Shown: positions 19,942-28,030, counted from the first letter of the stretch. The stretch: 64,000 nucleotides of DNA from an uncultured Eudoraea sp. (GCF_947258925.1 NZ_CAMYKG010000013.1:44313-108312), one strand, 5' to 3'. Made by a program: numbers and translations. The notes: a model not told the origin generated them from the sequence alone.

Positions 19942-21042
19942 TTACAGACTCTTTATCTGCAAGTCATGAAAAGTATCTGCCTGTAGACGCAGCAATTCTT
20001 CTGCTTTCTGTTTTTTGTAGGCATAAACAGCTTGTTCTTCTGCTATTTCCCCATATATTTTCTCATTCAGTGAAGTATCTGTGGAGAGGATTTGTTGACG
20101 TTGTTGCACTTTTTGCATCACCCAGGTCTCGACGGCACTTTCTTCGTCTTCCAATTTAAGGTCATAGGGCCCTTTTGGAGCAAGTAGTTTAACTATTATT
20201 GGTGAGGTTTCTATGGCCAGGAATAATAAGAAAATAAAGAAAGAAGGAAACCATGGCAATTCACCAAGGGCATTGATGCGGGCCATAAGCCCGTCAAAAC
20301 CATCAATAATAGGTTGAGAATCGTCTACGGCTTGTGAATATTCCGAATTTAAGTTTGCAATTTGGGATTCAATGTTGGCAATTTTATTAGAATTGGCTTC
20401 CTTTAATTGTCGTAATTCCAATAAGGCAGCATCATGCTTTTCACGCTTTTCTTTATACACCGGCCCCTTGCCTAAAAGCATAGTTCCTGCCCTGCCTTCG
20501 GCCTCAGAAATATAGGTATCGTAAAGGGCGTTGGTCTCATCTTCTTTTAACTTTATTTCATTCTTGAGCGATGCAATATCTTCATTCAGGCTGGCAACCA
20601 CAGGTGTGTATTGCTGTGCTATTTGAGCTTTGTTCGCCAGGGTAAGTTCATTCTTTTGTTCCAATAAAACCTGGTTGATTTCCTTTTCAAAAATTTTCAT
20701 TTCCAAAGGTTTGGAGATCACCACGGCAATAATAACTGCTAAAATTATCCTTGGTGTTGCCTGTAAAAATTCACTTTTCAGACTGTCTCTTTTTTTAATA
20801 GTTGAGACAATAAACCTGTCCAGGTTAAAGATTAACAGCCCCCAGATAAGGCCAAAAAATATTGCAGCATAAACGTTGTCAAATACTGTATACAGGGCAT
20901 AACTACCGGCAATAAATGCCATTACAGCAGTAAAAAAAACAGTGGCTCCTATGCCTGCGTATTTGGTTTTTTCTCCAGAGGAACAGGATTCAAGAATAGT
21001 TGTGTCCGCTCCGGAACAGAGGATAAAAAAGCGTCGTATCAT
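19942..21042 (-). CDS. DUF4407 domain membrane/coiled-coil protein
   Basis: 366-aa ORF with TM helices flanking a long coiled-coil segment, and the family-typical start IRRFFILCSGAD. Confidence 0.6.
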   Translation of the reverse strand: MIRRFFILCSGADTTILESCSSGEKTKYAGIGATVFFTAVMAFIAGSYALYTVFDNVYAAIFFGLIWGLLIFNLDRFIVSTIKKRDSLKSEFLQATPRIILAVIIAVVISKPLEMKIFEKEINQVLLEQKNELTLANKAQIAQQYTPVVASLNEDIASLKNEIKLKEDETNALYDTYISEAEGRAGTMLLGKGPVYKEKREKHDAALLELRQLKEANSNKIANIESQIANLNSEYSQAVDDSQPIIDGFDGLMARINALGELPWFPSFFIFLLFLAIETSPIIVKLLAPKGPYDLKLEDEESAVETWVMQKVQQRQQILSTDTSLNEKIYGEIAEEQAVYAYKKQKAEELLRLQADTFHDLQIKSL

Positions 21043-21202
21043 TATAGTGTTCGTTTTTGATTCTACTGGTTAGAACGCAATTTGTGGTTATTTGTTACAC
21101 TAAAATGAAATAAAAATACCTCAATAAGAAGGGTTTGTATATTTCAGGAATATTCCTTCAAGATTTATAAAGTATTCACAAGGTATTTCAAATCTAAATT
21201 CC

Positions 21203-22591
21203 CTAACCAAGAAGTTCGGTGTAGTATTTATAGAAATAAGGTATCGTTTCTATTCCTTTTAAAAAGTTCCATACCCCAAAATGCTCGTTTGGAGAATGAA
21301 TGGCATTACTGTCCAGTCCAAAGCCCATTAAGATCGACTTAGTCCCTAACTCTTTTTCAAATAATGGAACTATGGGGATACTACCCCCATTTCTTTTAGG
21401 TACAGGGACTTTTCCAAAAGTTGTCTCATAAGCTTTACTTGCCGCCTGGTAACCTACACTGTCTATTGGGGTTACATAACTTTCTCCACCGTGGTGTGGT
21501 GTTACCTTCACCTTTACCCCAGCTGGAGCAATTTTTTCAAAGTGGGTTATAAAAAGTTCAGTGATCTCTTTCCAGTCCTGGTGAGGTACTAGGCGCATGG
21601 AAATTTTTGCACATGCTTTACTTGCGATAACCGTTTTGGCTCCTTCGCCAGTATAACCTCCCCATATACCATTCACATCAAGGGTAGGTCTAATGGAATT
21701 CCGCTCATTTGTGGAATAAGAAGCTTCGCCATAGACATCATCAATGTCCAAAGCAGATTTATATGCATCCAGCTCAAAGGGTGCTTTTTCCATAGCTTCG
21801 CGCTCTTCCCGGGTAAGTTCTTCTACCTTATCATAAAATCCTGGAATTGTAATATGGTTATTTTCATCATGTAAAGAGGCAATCATTTTTGCAAGGATGT
21901 TTATAGGATTTGCTACGGCCCCACCATACAAGCCGGAATGCAAGTCCCGGTTTGGTCCGGTAACTTCCACTTCTACATAACTTAAGCCCCTCAGGCCGGT
22001 AGTAATGGAAGGGATATCGTTTGCGATCATTCCGGTATCTGAAATTAAAATAATATCATTTTTCAATTTTGAATGATTCTCTTTTACAAAGGCTGATAAG
22101 CTTTCGCTTCCCACTTCTTCCTCCCCTTCGATCATAAATTTCACGTTACAGGGGAGTACATTGTTTGCGACCATAAATTCAAGTGCTTTCACATGCATAT
22201 AAACTTGTCCTTTATCATCTGAGGCTCCACGGGCATAGATGGCACCATCCGGGTGTAATTCTGTTTTTTTTATGACAGGGTCAAAAGGCGGGGAATGCCA
22301 TAGGTCTATTGGATCTGGTGGCTGTACATCATAATGACCATAAACCAGGACTGTTGGTAAATCCTTATCAATTATTTTTTCGCCATATACTATTGGATAT
22401 CCCTGAGTTTCACAAATCTCAACAAGATCACAACCTGCCTCTTTTAGGGAAGTCGCAAAAGCCTCGGCAGTGTTTAGTACGTCCTGTGCATAAGCTGAAT
22501 CTGCACTTACAGAAGGCATTTTAAGAAGTTGAATGAGTTCATTGATAAATCGTTCTTTGTGTTGATCGAGGTAAGACTTTATGTTTTGCAT
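21203..22591 (-). CDS. M20 family dipeptidase (ArgE/DapE/PepV-like)
   Basis: 462-aa ORF with YGHYDVQPP, GASDDKG and MIEGEEEVGS metal and catalytic motifs. Confidence 0.88.
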   Translation of the reverse strand: MQNIKSYLDQHKERFINELIQLLKMPSVSADSAYAQDVLNTAEAFATSLKEAGCDLVEICETQGYPIVYGEKIIDKDLPTVLVYGHYDVQPPDPIDLWHSPPFDPVIKKTELHPDGAIYARGASDDKGQVYMHVKALEFMVANNVLPCNVKFMIEGEEEVGSESLSAFVKENHSKLKNDIILISDTGMIANDIPSITTGLRGLSYVEVEVTGPNRDLHSGLYGGAVANPINILAKMIASLHDENNHITIPGFYDKVEELTREEREAMEKAPFELDAYKSALDIDDVYGEASYSTNERNSIRPTLDVNGIWGGYTGEGAKTVIASKACAKISMRLVPHQDWKEITELFITHFEKIAPAGVKVKVTPHHGGESYVTPIDSVGYQAASKAYETTFGKVPVPKRNGGSIPIVPLFEKELGTKSILMGFGLDSNAIHSPNEHFGVWNFLKGIETIPYFYKYYTELLG

Positions 22592-22677
22592 TCTAATGAG
22601 TTTGAAGAATCCTTAAATTTACGAAAAGAAGGCAGATATTTTTAAACTTCCTTTATTTTTAAATTGAAATTTTGCTT

Positions 22678-22685
22678 TATATTTG
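22678..22685 (+). promoter_or_regulatory. candidate -7 promoter box (TATATTTG) for the tRNA-Leu locus
   Basis: Exact TAnnTTTG match about 40 nt upstream of the first tRNA-like segment. Confidence 0.35.
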
Positions 22686-22723
22686 CAACCCCAGAATAAC
22701 AATAAGTTATTGACACGGGATTT

Positions 22724-22803
22724 GCAGGCGTGGTGGTCCCGTCCCGATAACTATCGGGAGTTATCGGGAGGTAGACACGATAGACTTAAGGTCTGGTTCT
22801 GCA
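22724..22803 (+). pseudogene. tRNA-Leu-like 5' fragment (acceptor 5' strand, D arm with 34-nt palindromic insert, anticodon arm reading TAA; no variable or T arm)
   Basis: GCAGGCGTGGTGG and GTAGACACGaTAGACTTA are near-identical to the 5' half of the tRNA-Leu at 22822. The D-loop AATTG is replaced by TCCCGTCCCGATAACTATCGGGAGTTATCGGGAG (22737-22770). The copy ends ...GGTCTGGTTCTGC with no T arm. Confidence 0.55.
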
Positions 22804-22821
22804 TTTTGAAAAATAGTTTTT

Positions 22822-22925
22822 GCAGGCGTGGTGGAATTGGTAGACACGCTAGACTTAGGATCTAGTGCCGAAAGGTGTGAGAGTTCGAGTCTCTCCGCCT
22901 GAGAGTTCGAGTCTCTCCGCCTGTA
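22822..22925 (+). tRNA. tRNA-Leu (anticodon TAG) carrying an internal 22-nt tandem duplication of the T arm and 3' acceptor strand
   Basis: Manual fold: GCAGGCG / D arm GTG-GAATTGGTAGA-CAC / anticodon stem CTAGA-CTTAGGA-TCTAG / variable arm TGCCGAAAGGTGT / T arm GAGAG-TTCGAGT-CTCTC / CGCCTGT-A. The segment GAGAGTTCGAGTCTCTCCGCCT occurs twice in tandem, so the gene is 104 nt rather than about 82 nt. Confidence 0.75.
22879..22922 (+). repeat. perfect 22-bp tandem direct repeat (2 copies) of GAGAGTTCGAGTCTCTCCGCCT
   Basis: Copy 1 is 22879-22900 and copy 2 is 22901-22922. They are identical on direct reading. Confidence 0.95.
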
Positions 22926-22933
22926 CGATTATA

Positions 22934-22961
22934 AAAAACCTCCGATCTTCGGAGGTTTTTT
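22934..22961 (+). terminator. rho-independent terminator after tRNA-Leu
   Basis: Hairpin CCTCCGATCTTCGGAGG followed by T6. An A-run lies upstream. Confidence 0.7.
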
Positions 22962-22984
22962 CTTTTCAGGAAAGTTGATATTGC

Positions 22985-23035
22985 GGTGAGACGAGAAGTC
23001 TATCCCGCAATGGGCGGGAAGTCTCTCCGCCTGTA
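22985..23035 (+). repeat. tRNA-Leu 3'-end copy B (degenerate T-arm-like stem, inserted hairpin, and the 16-nt core AGTCTCTCCGCCTGTA)
   Basis: GGTGAGACGAGAAGTCTATCCCGCAATGGGCGGGAAGTCTCTCCGCCTGTA. The last 16 nt (19 nt counting the following CGA) match the tRNA 3' end and flank. Confidence 0.7.
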
Positions 23036-23044
23036 CGAAGTAAA

Positions 23045-23073
23045 GGCCCATTCATTATTGGATGGGCTTTTTT
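23045..23073 (+). terminator. rho-independent terminator after copy B
   Basis: Hairpin GCCCATTCATTATTGGATGGGC followed by T6. Confidence 0.7.
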
Positions 23074-23079
23074 ATTAAA

Positions 23080-23132
23080 GTGGAGAGGGGAGAAGTTTAT
23101 CCCGCCCACAGCGGGAAGTCTCTCCGCCTGTA
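23080..23132 (+). repeat. tRNA-Leu 3'-end copy C (same architecture as copy B)
   Basis: GTGGAGAGGGGAGAAGTTTATCCCGCCCACAGCGGGAAGTCTCTCCGCCTGTA. It is homologous to copy B over about 50 nt. The hairpin stem is conserved and the loop differs. Confidence 0.7.
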
Positions 23133-23139
23133 CAATTGG

Positions 23140-23169
23140 AAAGCCGACTTTTAGGAGTCGGCTTTTTTA
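23140..23169 (+). terminator. rho-independent terminator after copy C
   Basis: Hairpin AGCCGACTTTTAGGAGTCGGCT followed by T6. Confidence 0.75.
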
Positions 23170-23332
23170 TTTTGGGTAAACCGAAGGTAAAAAGATCTCT
23201 TTTTTAAGGATTATTGGAACGACCGCTTCCAGAGCTTTCGGGTTCTTAAGAAAGGCAATTTGGATTTAATACCCTCTTCCTATTCTTTAATAGTTGATTA
23301 AAACCATGCCTTTTTTTACTATAAAGGATATG

Positions 23333-24628
23333 CTACAAATCAAATAAACCAGGGAGCCAAAGGCTTATTTGTGGGAAATAGGTAATGAGGAAAAGGGCCA
23401 TTATCATCACTACAAATAAAGGTAAAAGGGGTTTGATCACCTTTTCAATCGTAGTATTGGCTATACCAACACCGACAAACAATACGGATCCCACCGGTGG
23501 CGTACATAAACCAATACACAGGTTTAAAATCATAATAATTCCAAAATGTACCGGATCTAATCCCAGTTTCATTACAACAGGTAAAAATATTGGAGTAAAT
23601 ATTAATACTGCGGGAGTCATATCCATAAAGATGCCCACAAACAGTAGCAAAAGGTTGATAATGAGTAATATTACGATCTTATTGTCACTAAAACTCAACA
23701 GGCCGGTACTTATATCCTGGGGAATATTCTCAAATGACAATGCCCATGACATGCTCATGGATGCACCTATCAATAACATTACAATTGCTGTAGTTGTAGA
23801 CGAATCCAATAAAATTTGGGGAAGTTTCTCAAAAGTAATTTCCTTATAGATAAATCCGAGAATAAGACTATAGAGTACCGCAATGGCAGAAGCTTCTGTA
23901 GCAGTAAAAATACCGGTTACAATACCTCCTATGACCACAATCAGCATTAATAAACTAGGCACAGCATCAATAAAAGTCTTTAGAATACTTTTAAAAGTAC
24001 TGCGCTTTCCTACTTTATATCCTTTTTTTCTGGCCCATAAAGATGCCACTAACATCAGCAGTAATCCCGTTAGTATTCCGGGAAGGTAGCCGGCTAAAAA
24101 TAAAGCAGCAATAGATGCTCCGCCACTGGCCAGAGAATACACAATAAGAATATTGCTAGGAGGGATAAGGAGTCCGGTAGTTGCGGAAGTAATATTTACG
24201 GCCGCACCAAATTCTTTGGAATACCCTTCTTTTTCCATTTCAGGTCCCAGAATACTCCCCATAGCGGAAGCCGATGCCATAGCAGAACCCGCAATAGCAC
24301 CCATAAGCATTGCCGAAACTATATTTATTAGAGCCAGGCCACCGGGCAATGCTCCAACCAATGTTTTTGCAAAGGCAATCAGCCTATGCGCAATACCACC
24401 TTTGTTCATTAGCTCTCCGGAAAGAATAAAAAAAGGTATTGCCAGGAGCGCAAAACTGTCGAGTCCAGTGCCAATACGCTGCGACACGGTTGTAAATGCA
24501 GGTAATGCAGGGATACTTACCAGCATGGTAAGCAGGGCGGAAATGGTTATACTCCATGCAACCGGGGTGCCTATTGCCAGCAGGCCTAAAAAACTAATTA
24601 TTAAAACAAGTATCGGTATATATTCCAT
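23333..24628 (-). CDS. dctM: TRAP transporter large permease subunit
   Basis: 431-aa polytopic ORF, DctM-like throughout. Follows dctQ by 5 nt. Confidence 0.92.
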   Translation of the reverse strand: MEYIPILVLIISFLGLLAIGTPVAWSITISALLTMLVSIPALPAFTTVSQRIGTGLDSFALLAIPFFILSGELMNKGGIAHRLIAFAKTLVGALPGGLALINIVSAMLMGAIAGSAMASASAMGSILGPEMEKEGYSKEFGAAVNITSATTGLLIPPSNILIVYSLASGGASIAALFLAGYLPGILTGLLLMLVASLWARKKGYKVGKRSTFKSILKTFIDAVPSLLMLIVVIGGIVTGIFTATEASAIAVLYSLILGFIYKEITFEKLPQILLDSSTTTAIVMLLIGASMSMSWALSFENIPQDISTGLLSFSDNKIVILLIINLLLLFVGIFMDMTPAVLIFTPIFLPVVMKLGLDPVHFGIIMILNLCIGLCTPPVGSVLFVGVGIANTTIEKVIKPLLPLFVVMIMALFLITYFPQISLWLPGLFDL

Positions 24629-24633
24629 TTTCC

Positions 24634-25092
24634 CTATCGGTTTAATATGTCGGAAATCTTATAGTAAATGATCAGTGTTCCACTAATTGGAATGATAATG
24701 TAAACTGCAGCCAGGGGTACCTGCAATGCAGGGGAATATTGATCCAGAATATAGGTGATATAAACCAATCTTGTACCCCCTATAACCAAGGCGAAAAGAC
24801 AGAATAGAATGATTAAAATACGTACAATAAGTTTTAACTTTCTCTGAGTTTTAGTGCTTAACCGGGATGGAAGTACAATAATAGCTACATGCTTATTACG
24901 TCCCGAAACATAGGCTGCGCCAAGTATCCCGATCCATATCATCAGGTATCTTGCCAATTCATCTGTAAAGGAACTGGGAGCCCCTAAAAAGTACCGGCTA
25001 AAGACCTGCCATAATACATTGATTACCATGATACTCATTATGATGATCAATATATGGGCCAGGACCTTGTCGATTTTTTTTCTTAATTCCAT
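24634..25092 (-). CDS. dctQ: TRAP transporter small permease subunit
   Basis: 152-aa 4-TM ORF between dctP and dctM. Confidence 0.85.
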   Translation of the reverse strand: MELRKKIDKVLAHILIIIMSIMVINVLWQVFSRYFLGAPSSFTDELARYLMIWIGILGAAYVSGRNKHVAIIVLPSRLSTKTQRKLKLIVRILIILFCLFALVIGGTRLVYITYILDQYSPALQVPLAAVYIIIPISGTLIIYYKISDILNR

Positions 25093-26070
25093 TTATTGGG
25101 TTTCTTGAATCTCTTTTATTAGCTTATTAAGCGCTTCATTTTCTCGGAATTGTTCATAATTATTTTCAATCCTTTTTGTGAAAAGGGCCTTATCCGGCCT
25201 AATAATTTCAACCCCAGCCTGCTGCACTGCATTTAAGGCTTCTTCTTCAGATTCCAACCACAAAATGCGCTGGTAAGCAATAGATTTTTCTACAGCCTTT
25301 TTAAGCCACTCGCGCTCTTCCATAGAGAGCCTGTTCCATAAATGTGTGCCAACGAGAAGTACGTCGGGTAGCATAGTATGTTCATCCAGTGAATAGTATT
25401 TGCAAACTTCATAATGACGCGATAAATAGAAACTCGGAGGATTATTTTCGGCACCATCAACAACCCCTTGCTGCAAGGACGTATATAATTCTCCCCATGA
25501 TATTGGGGTAGGTGAACCTCCCAGGCTTGTTACCATTTCTATTGCCGTAACACTTTCCATAACCCTTATTTTCAAACCGTTAAGGTCATCCGGGGAATTT
25601 ATAGGCTTGTCCTTTGTATAAAAACTTCTGCTACCCGCATCATAATATCCCAAGCCTTTAAGCCAGTATTTTTCTCCATCTGCCAACAGCTTTTGTCCGA
25701 TAGGTCCGTCCAAAACTTTGAATGCATGCTGTCTGTCTCTAAATAGAAACGGAAGTCCCAATACCTTCATTTTAGGGGCAAAATTTTCCAGAACGCCAAC
25801 AGAAACTTTGGTCATGTCAAGACTTCCTATTTGTAAAAGTTCCAAACATTGACGCTCTGTTCCCAATTGCTGACTTGGATATATTTCAAGCCGTAATTTG
25901 CCATCTGATAGTTCTTCCAAATCCATCCCCATTTTCACCATGGCCATATGAACAGAATGGTTGACATCAAGACCATGTGCTAATTTAATAGTTCGGACTT
26001 TCTCAACATTTTTACATCCAAAATGGACCGTAATAATCAAAAGAAAATAACCAAGGGTCTTTAATTGCAT
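25093..26070 (-). CDS. dctP: TRAP transporter substrate-binding protein
   Basis: 325-aa ORF with a signal or lipoprotein N-terminus and a DctP-family sequence. Directly abuts dctQ. Confidence 0.9.
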   Translation of the reverse strand: MQLKTLGYFLLIITVHFGCKNVEKVRTIKLAHGLDVNHSVHMAMVKMGMDLEELSDGKLRLEIYPSQQLGTERQCLELLQIGSLDMTKVSVGVLENFAPKMKVLGLPFLFRDRQHAFKVLDGPIGQKLLADGEKYWLKGLGYYDAGSRSFYTKDKPINSPDDLNGLKIRVMESVTAIEMVTSLGGSPTPISWGELYTSLQQGVVDGAENNPPSFYLSRHYEVCKYYSLDEHTMLPDVLLVGTHLWNRLSMEEREWLKKAVEKSIAYQRILWLESEEEALNAVQQAGVEIIRPDKALFTKRIENNYEQFRENEALNKLIKEIQETQ

Positions 26071-26349
26071 AAATTCCTTTCTAAGGTTTCTCTATGCAAT
26101 ATACTTAAGTAGAGTGTAAAAATTCGGAATAATTAATTAAGGCAATGAATAATCAGTAAGATATAGGGTGTTTTTGTAAATCAATAGGCTAAATAGTATT
26201 GCGTAACACGGGATATTAAACGAACATTAAGCTAAAGCCTTCAGGAGAACTAAAAGAGCTGAAGTTAAAGCCTGATCAAGTCCGGAATCTAAATCAAAGT
26301 ATGAAAATGTAACAAGGTAAGATTAGGGAATTTTGGAATTTCATCCTGT

Positions 26350-26478
26350 CTAAAAGAAGCCCAGACCTGCTAAAATGAGACAAATCACAACTGCTGCCAG
26401 GATTAAGACCAAAACTACTACCATTATGCTAAGAAACCCATTAAGGAGTTTTGTACCAAAAGATAATTGATCTTCCAT
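26350..26478 (-). CDS. possible 42-aa single-TM peptide
   Basis: MEDQLSFGTKLLNGFLSIMVVVLVLILAAVVICLILAGLGFF in an otherwise empty 545-bp intergenic region. No homology evidence. Confidence 0.25.
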   Translation of the reverse strand: MEDQLSFGTKLLNGFLSIMVVVLVLILAAVVICLILAGLGFF

Positions 26479-26615
26479 AATTCATATAATTTCCTACAAT
26501 GTACATATTTATGACAATAAATTACATTTGGATGACTATAATTCGACTAAAAGTTAGACAGGATAGGCCTTTTTGAGATGTACTACCTGAATTTTCGGTA
26601 AACTGTAATATCCCT

Positions 26616-27968
26616 TTAGGAACTTTTATCCGGGCTTAACTTTTTACCTAAGTCTTCAAGTGAAATACCTTTGGTCTCGGGCATCATGAATAGCACAAAT
26701 AGCAATTGTAAGACCATCATAAATGAAAAGAATATAAATATGGGCCATGGATTATCCTTAAATATGCCATTATCGGCATCCAGGAATATTGGTGTAAGCA
26801 GGGTTATTAAAGCGGCAAATATCCAATGTGTACCTGTACCCCATGACTGGCCAAAAGCCCTGACTTTATTTGGAAAGATCTCAGAAATAAACACCCAAAT
26901 CACAGCCCCTTGACCAATGGCATGTGAAGCAATAAATATGAGAATGAAGATAAGTAGTAAGGTGGAACTTGCTCCACTATAAAAACACCATCCGACCATT
27001 GCAAGACTTACTATATAACCCACAGAACCAATTTTCATCAATTCTCTTCTACCCATCTTATCAATTAACCGTATTCCTATAAGGGTAAAAACCAAATTCA
27101 CAATACCTATCGAAATAGAACTGAATAGGGATTCTTTTGCTGCTAAACCGGCTCTTTCTAAAATTTCCGGGGCGTAGTAAAGAATAAAATTGATACCTGA
27201 CAACTGATTAAAGAAAGCAATTAAAAACGCAAGAACCAGGGGTTTTTTGTATTTGCTTGTAAAAAGGCGCTCTTTGTCATCATCGGGATTATAAGAATTT
27301 TTAATTTCCTCGAACTTCACTTTCGCATGCTCTTTGTTTGACAGGTATTCCAAGGTTTCCAGGGCCGCTTTATCATCGTGTTTGTTAATAACCAACCAGC
27401 GAGGGCTGTTAGGTATTTTCAGGACCAGTAGACAATAAATTAATGCTGGAATAGCTTCCACACCCAGCATCCAACGCCAATCATTGGCTCCATCAAAACC
27501 TTTGAGTAAATAATTGGAAATAAAGGCGATAAAAATCCCAAAGACTATATTAAACTGGTATAGGGCAACCAACTGTCCCCGGTTTTTGGAAGATGAAATT
27601 TCCGATACATATATTGGCGCCGCAACAGAAGAAGCACCTACGCCGAGACCGCCAATAAATCTGAAGAAAGAAAACATATAGGGGTCTACGGCCATGGCCG
27701 ATCCCATAGCAGAGGTAAAATATAAGACACCAATCCAGAATAAGGTTTTCTTTCTACCAAAAAGATCACATGGGATACCTCCAAAAAGAGAACCTATTAC
27801 TGTGCCCCATAAGGCCATGGACATAATAAAAGTACCATGAAACCATGGTGAAGTGTCCCACAATTCCTTAATAGGTAAGTTGGCACCACTTATGACTACC
27901 GTATCAAACCCAAACAAAAAACCTGCAAGCGCAGCAGTTATTGAAATTCTAAAAATTCTTCTGTCCAT
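26616..27968 (-). CDS. MFS sugar porter (sugar:H+ symporter family)
   Basis: 450-aa 12-TM ORF with sugar-transporter signatures (GRKKTL, PESPRW-like NSPRWL, PETKG). Confidence 0.9.
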   Translation of the reverse strand: MDRRIFRISITAALAGFLFGFDTVVISGANLPIKELWDTSPWFHGTFIMSMALWGTVIGSLFGGIPCDLFGRKKTLFWIGVLYFTSAMGSAMAVDPYMFSFFRFIGGLGVGASSVAAPIYVSEISSSKNRGQLVALYQFNIVFGIFIAFISNYLLKGFDGANDWRWMLGVEAIPALIYCLLVLKIPNSPRWLVINKHDDKAALETLEYLSNKEHAKVKFEEIKNSYNPDDDKERLFTSKYKKPLVLAFLIAFFNQLSGINFILYYAPEILERAGLAAKESLFSSISIGIVNLVFTLIGIRLIDKMGRRELMKIGSVGYIVSLAMVGWCFYSGASSTLLLIFILIFIASHAIGQGAVIWVFISEIFPNKVRAFGQSWGTGTHWIFAALITLLTPIFLDADNGIFKDNPWPIFIFFSFMMVLQLLFVLFMMPETKGISLEDLGKKLSPDKSS

Positions 27969-28030
27969 GTTCTGCAGATTTTGGTAAATCTAACAAAAAA
28001 AAGTAAGAGAAAATGAAATAGAGATTTAAG

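Noticed and set aside
22683-22865. 60-aa ORF in the ORF track spanning the tRNA-Leu region
   Set aside because: It lies entirely over the tRNA-like 5' fragment and the tRNA-Leu gene. The translated sequence is arginine-rich junk of the kind produced by reading through structured RNA, so it is not a CDS.
22724-23169. Considered calling the tRNA-adjacent repeats a CRISPR array or an integrated mobile element
   Set aside because: The repeat units differ in length and content (22-bp tandem, then ~50-nt units) and have no regular repeat-spacer periodicity. No cas genes, integrase, excisionase or transposase occur anywhere in the window. I therefore report only repeats, without a mobile_element or CRISPR call.
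23385-24671. Long antisense ORFs (154 aa, 68 aa, 172 aa) opposite dctM
   Set aside because: They are fully embedded antisense to a clearly homologous polytopic permease. Their composition (Ile/Pro/Ala/Ser runs) is the mirror of hydrophobic codons, which is a typical shadow-ORF artefact.
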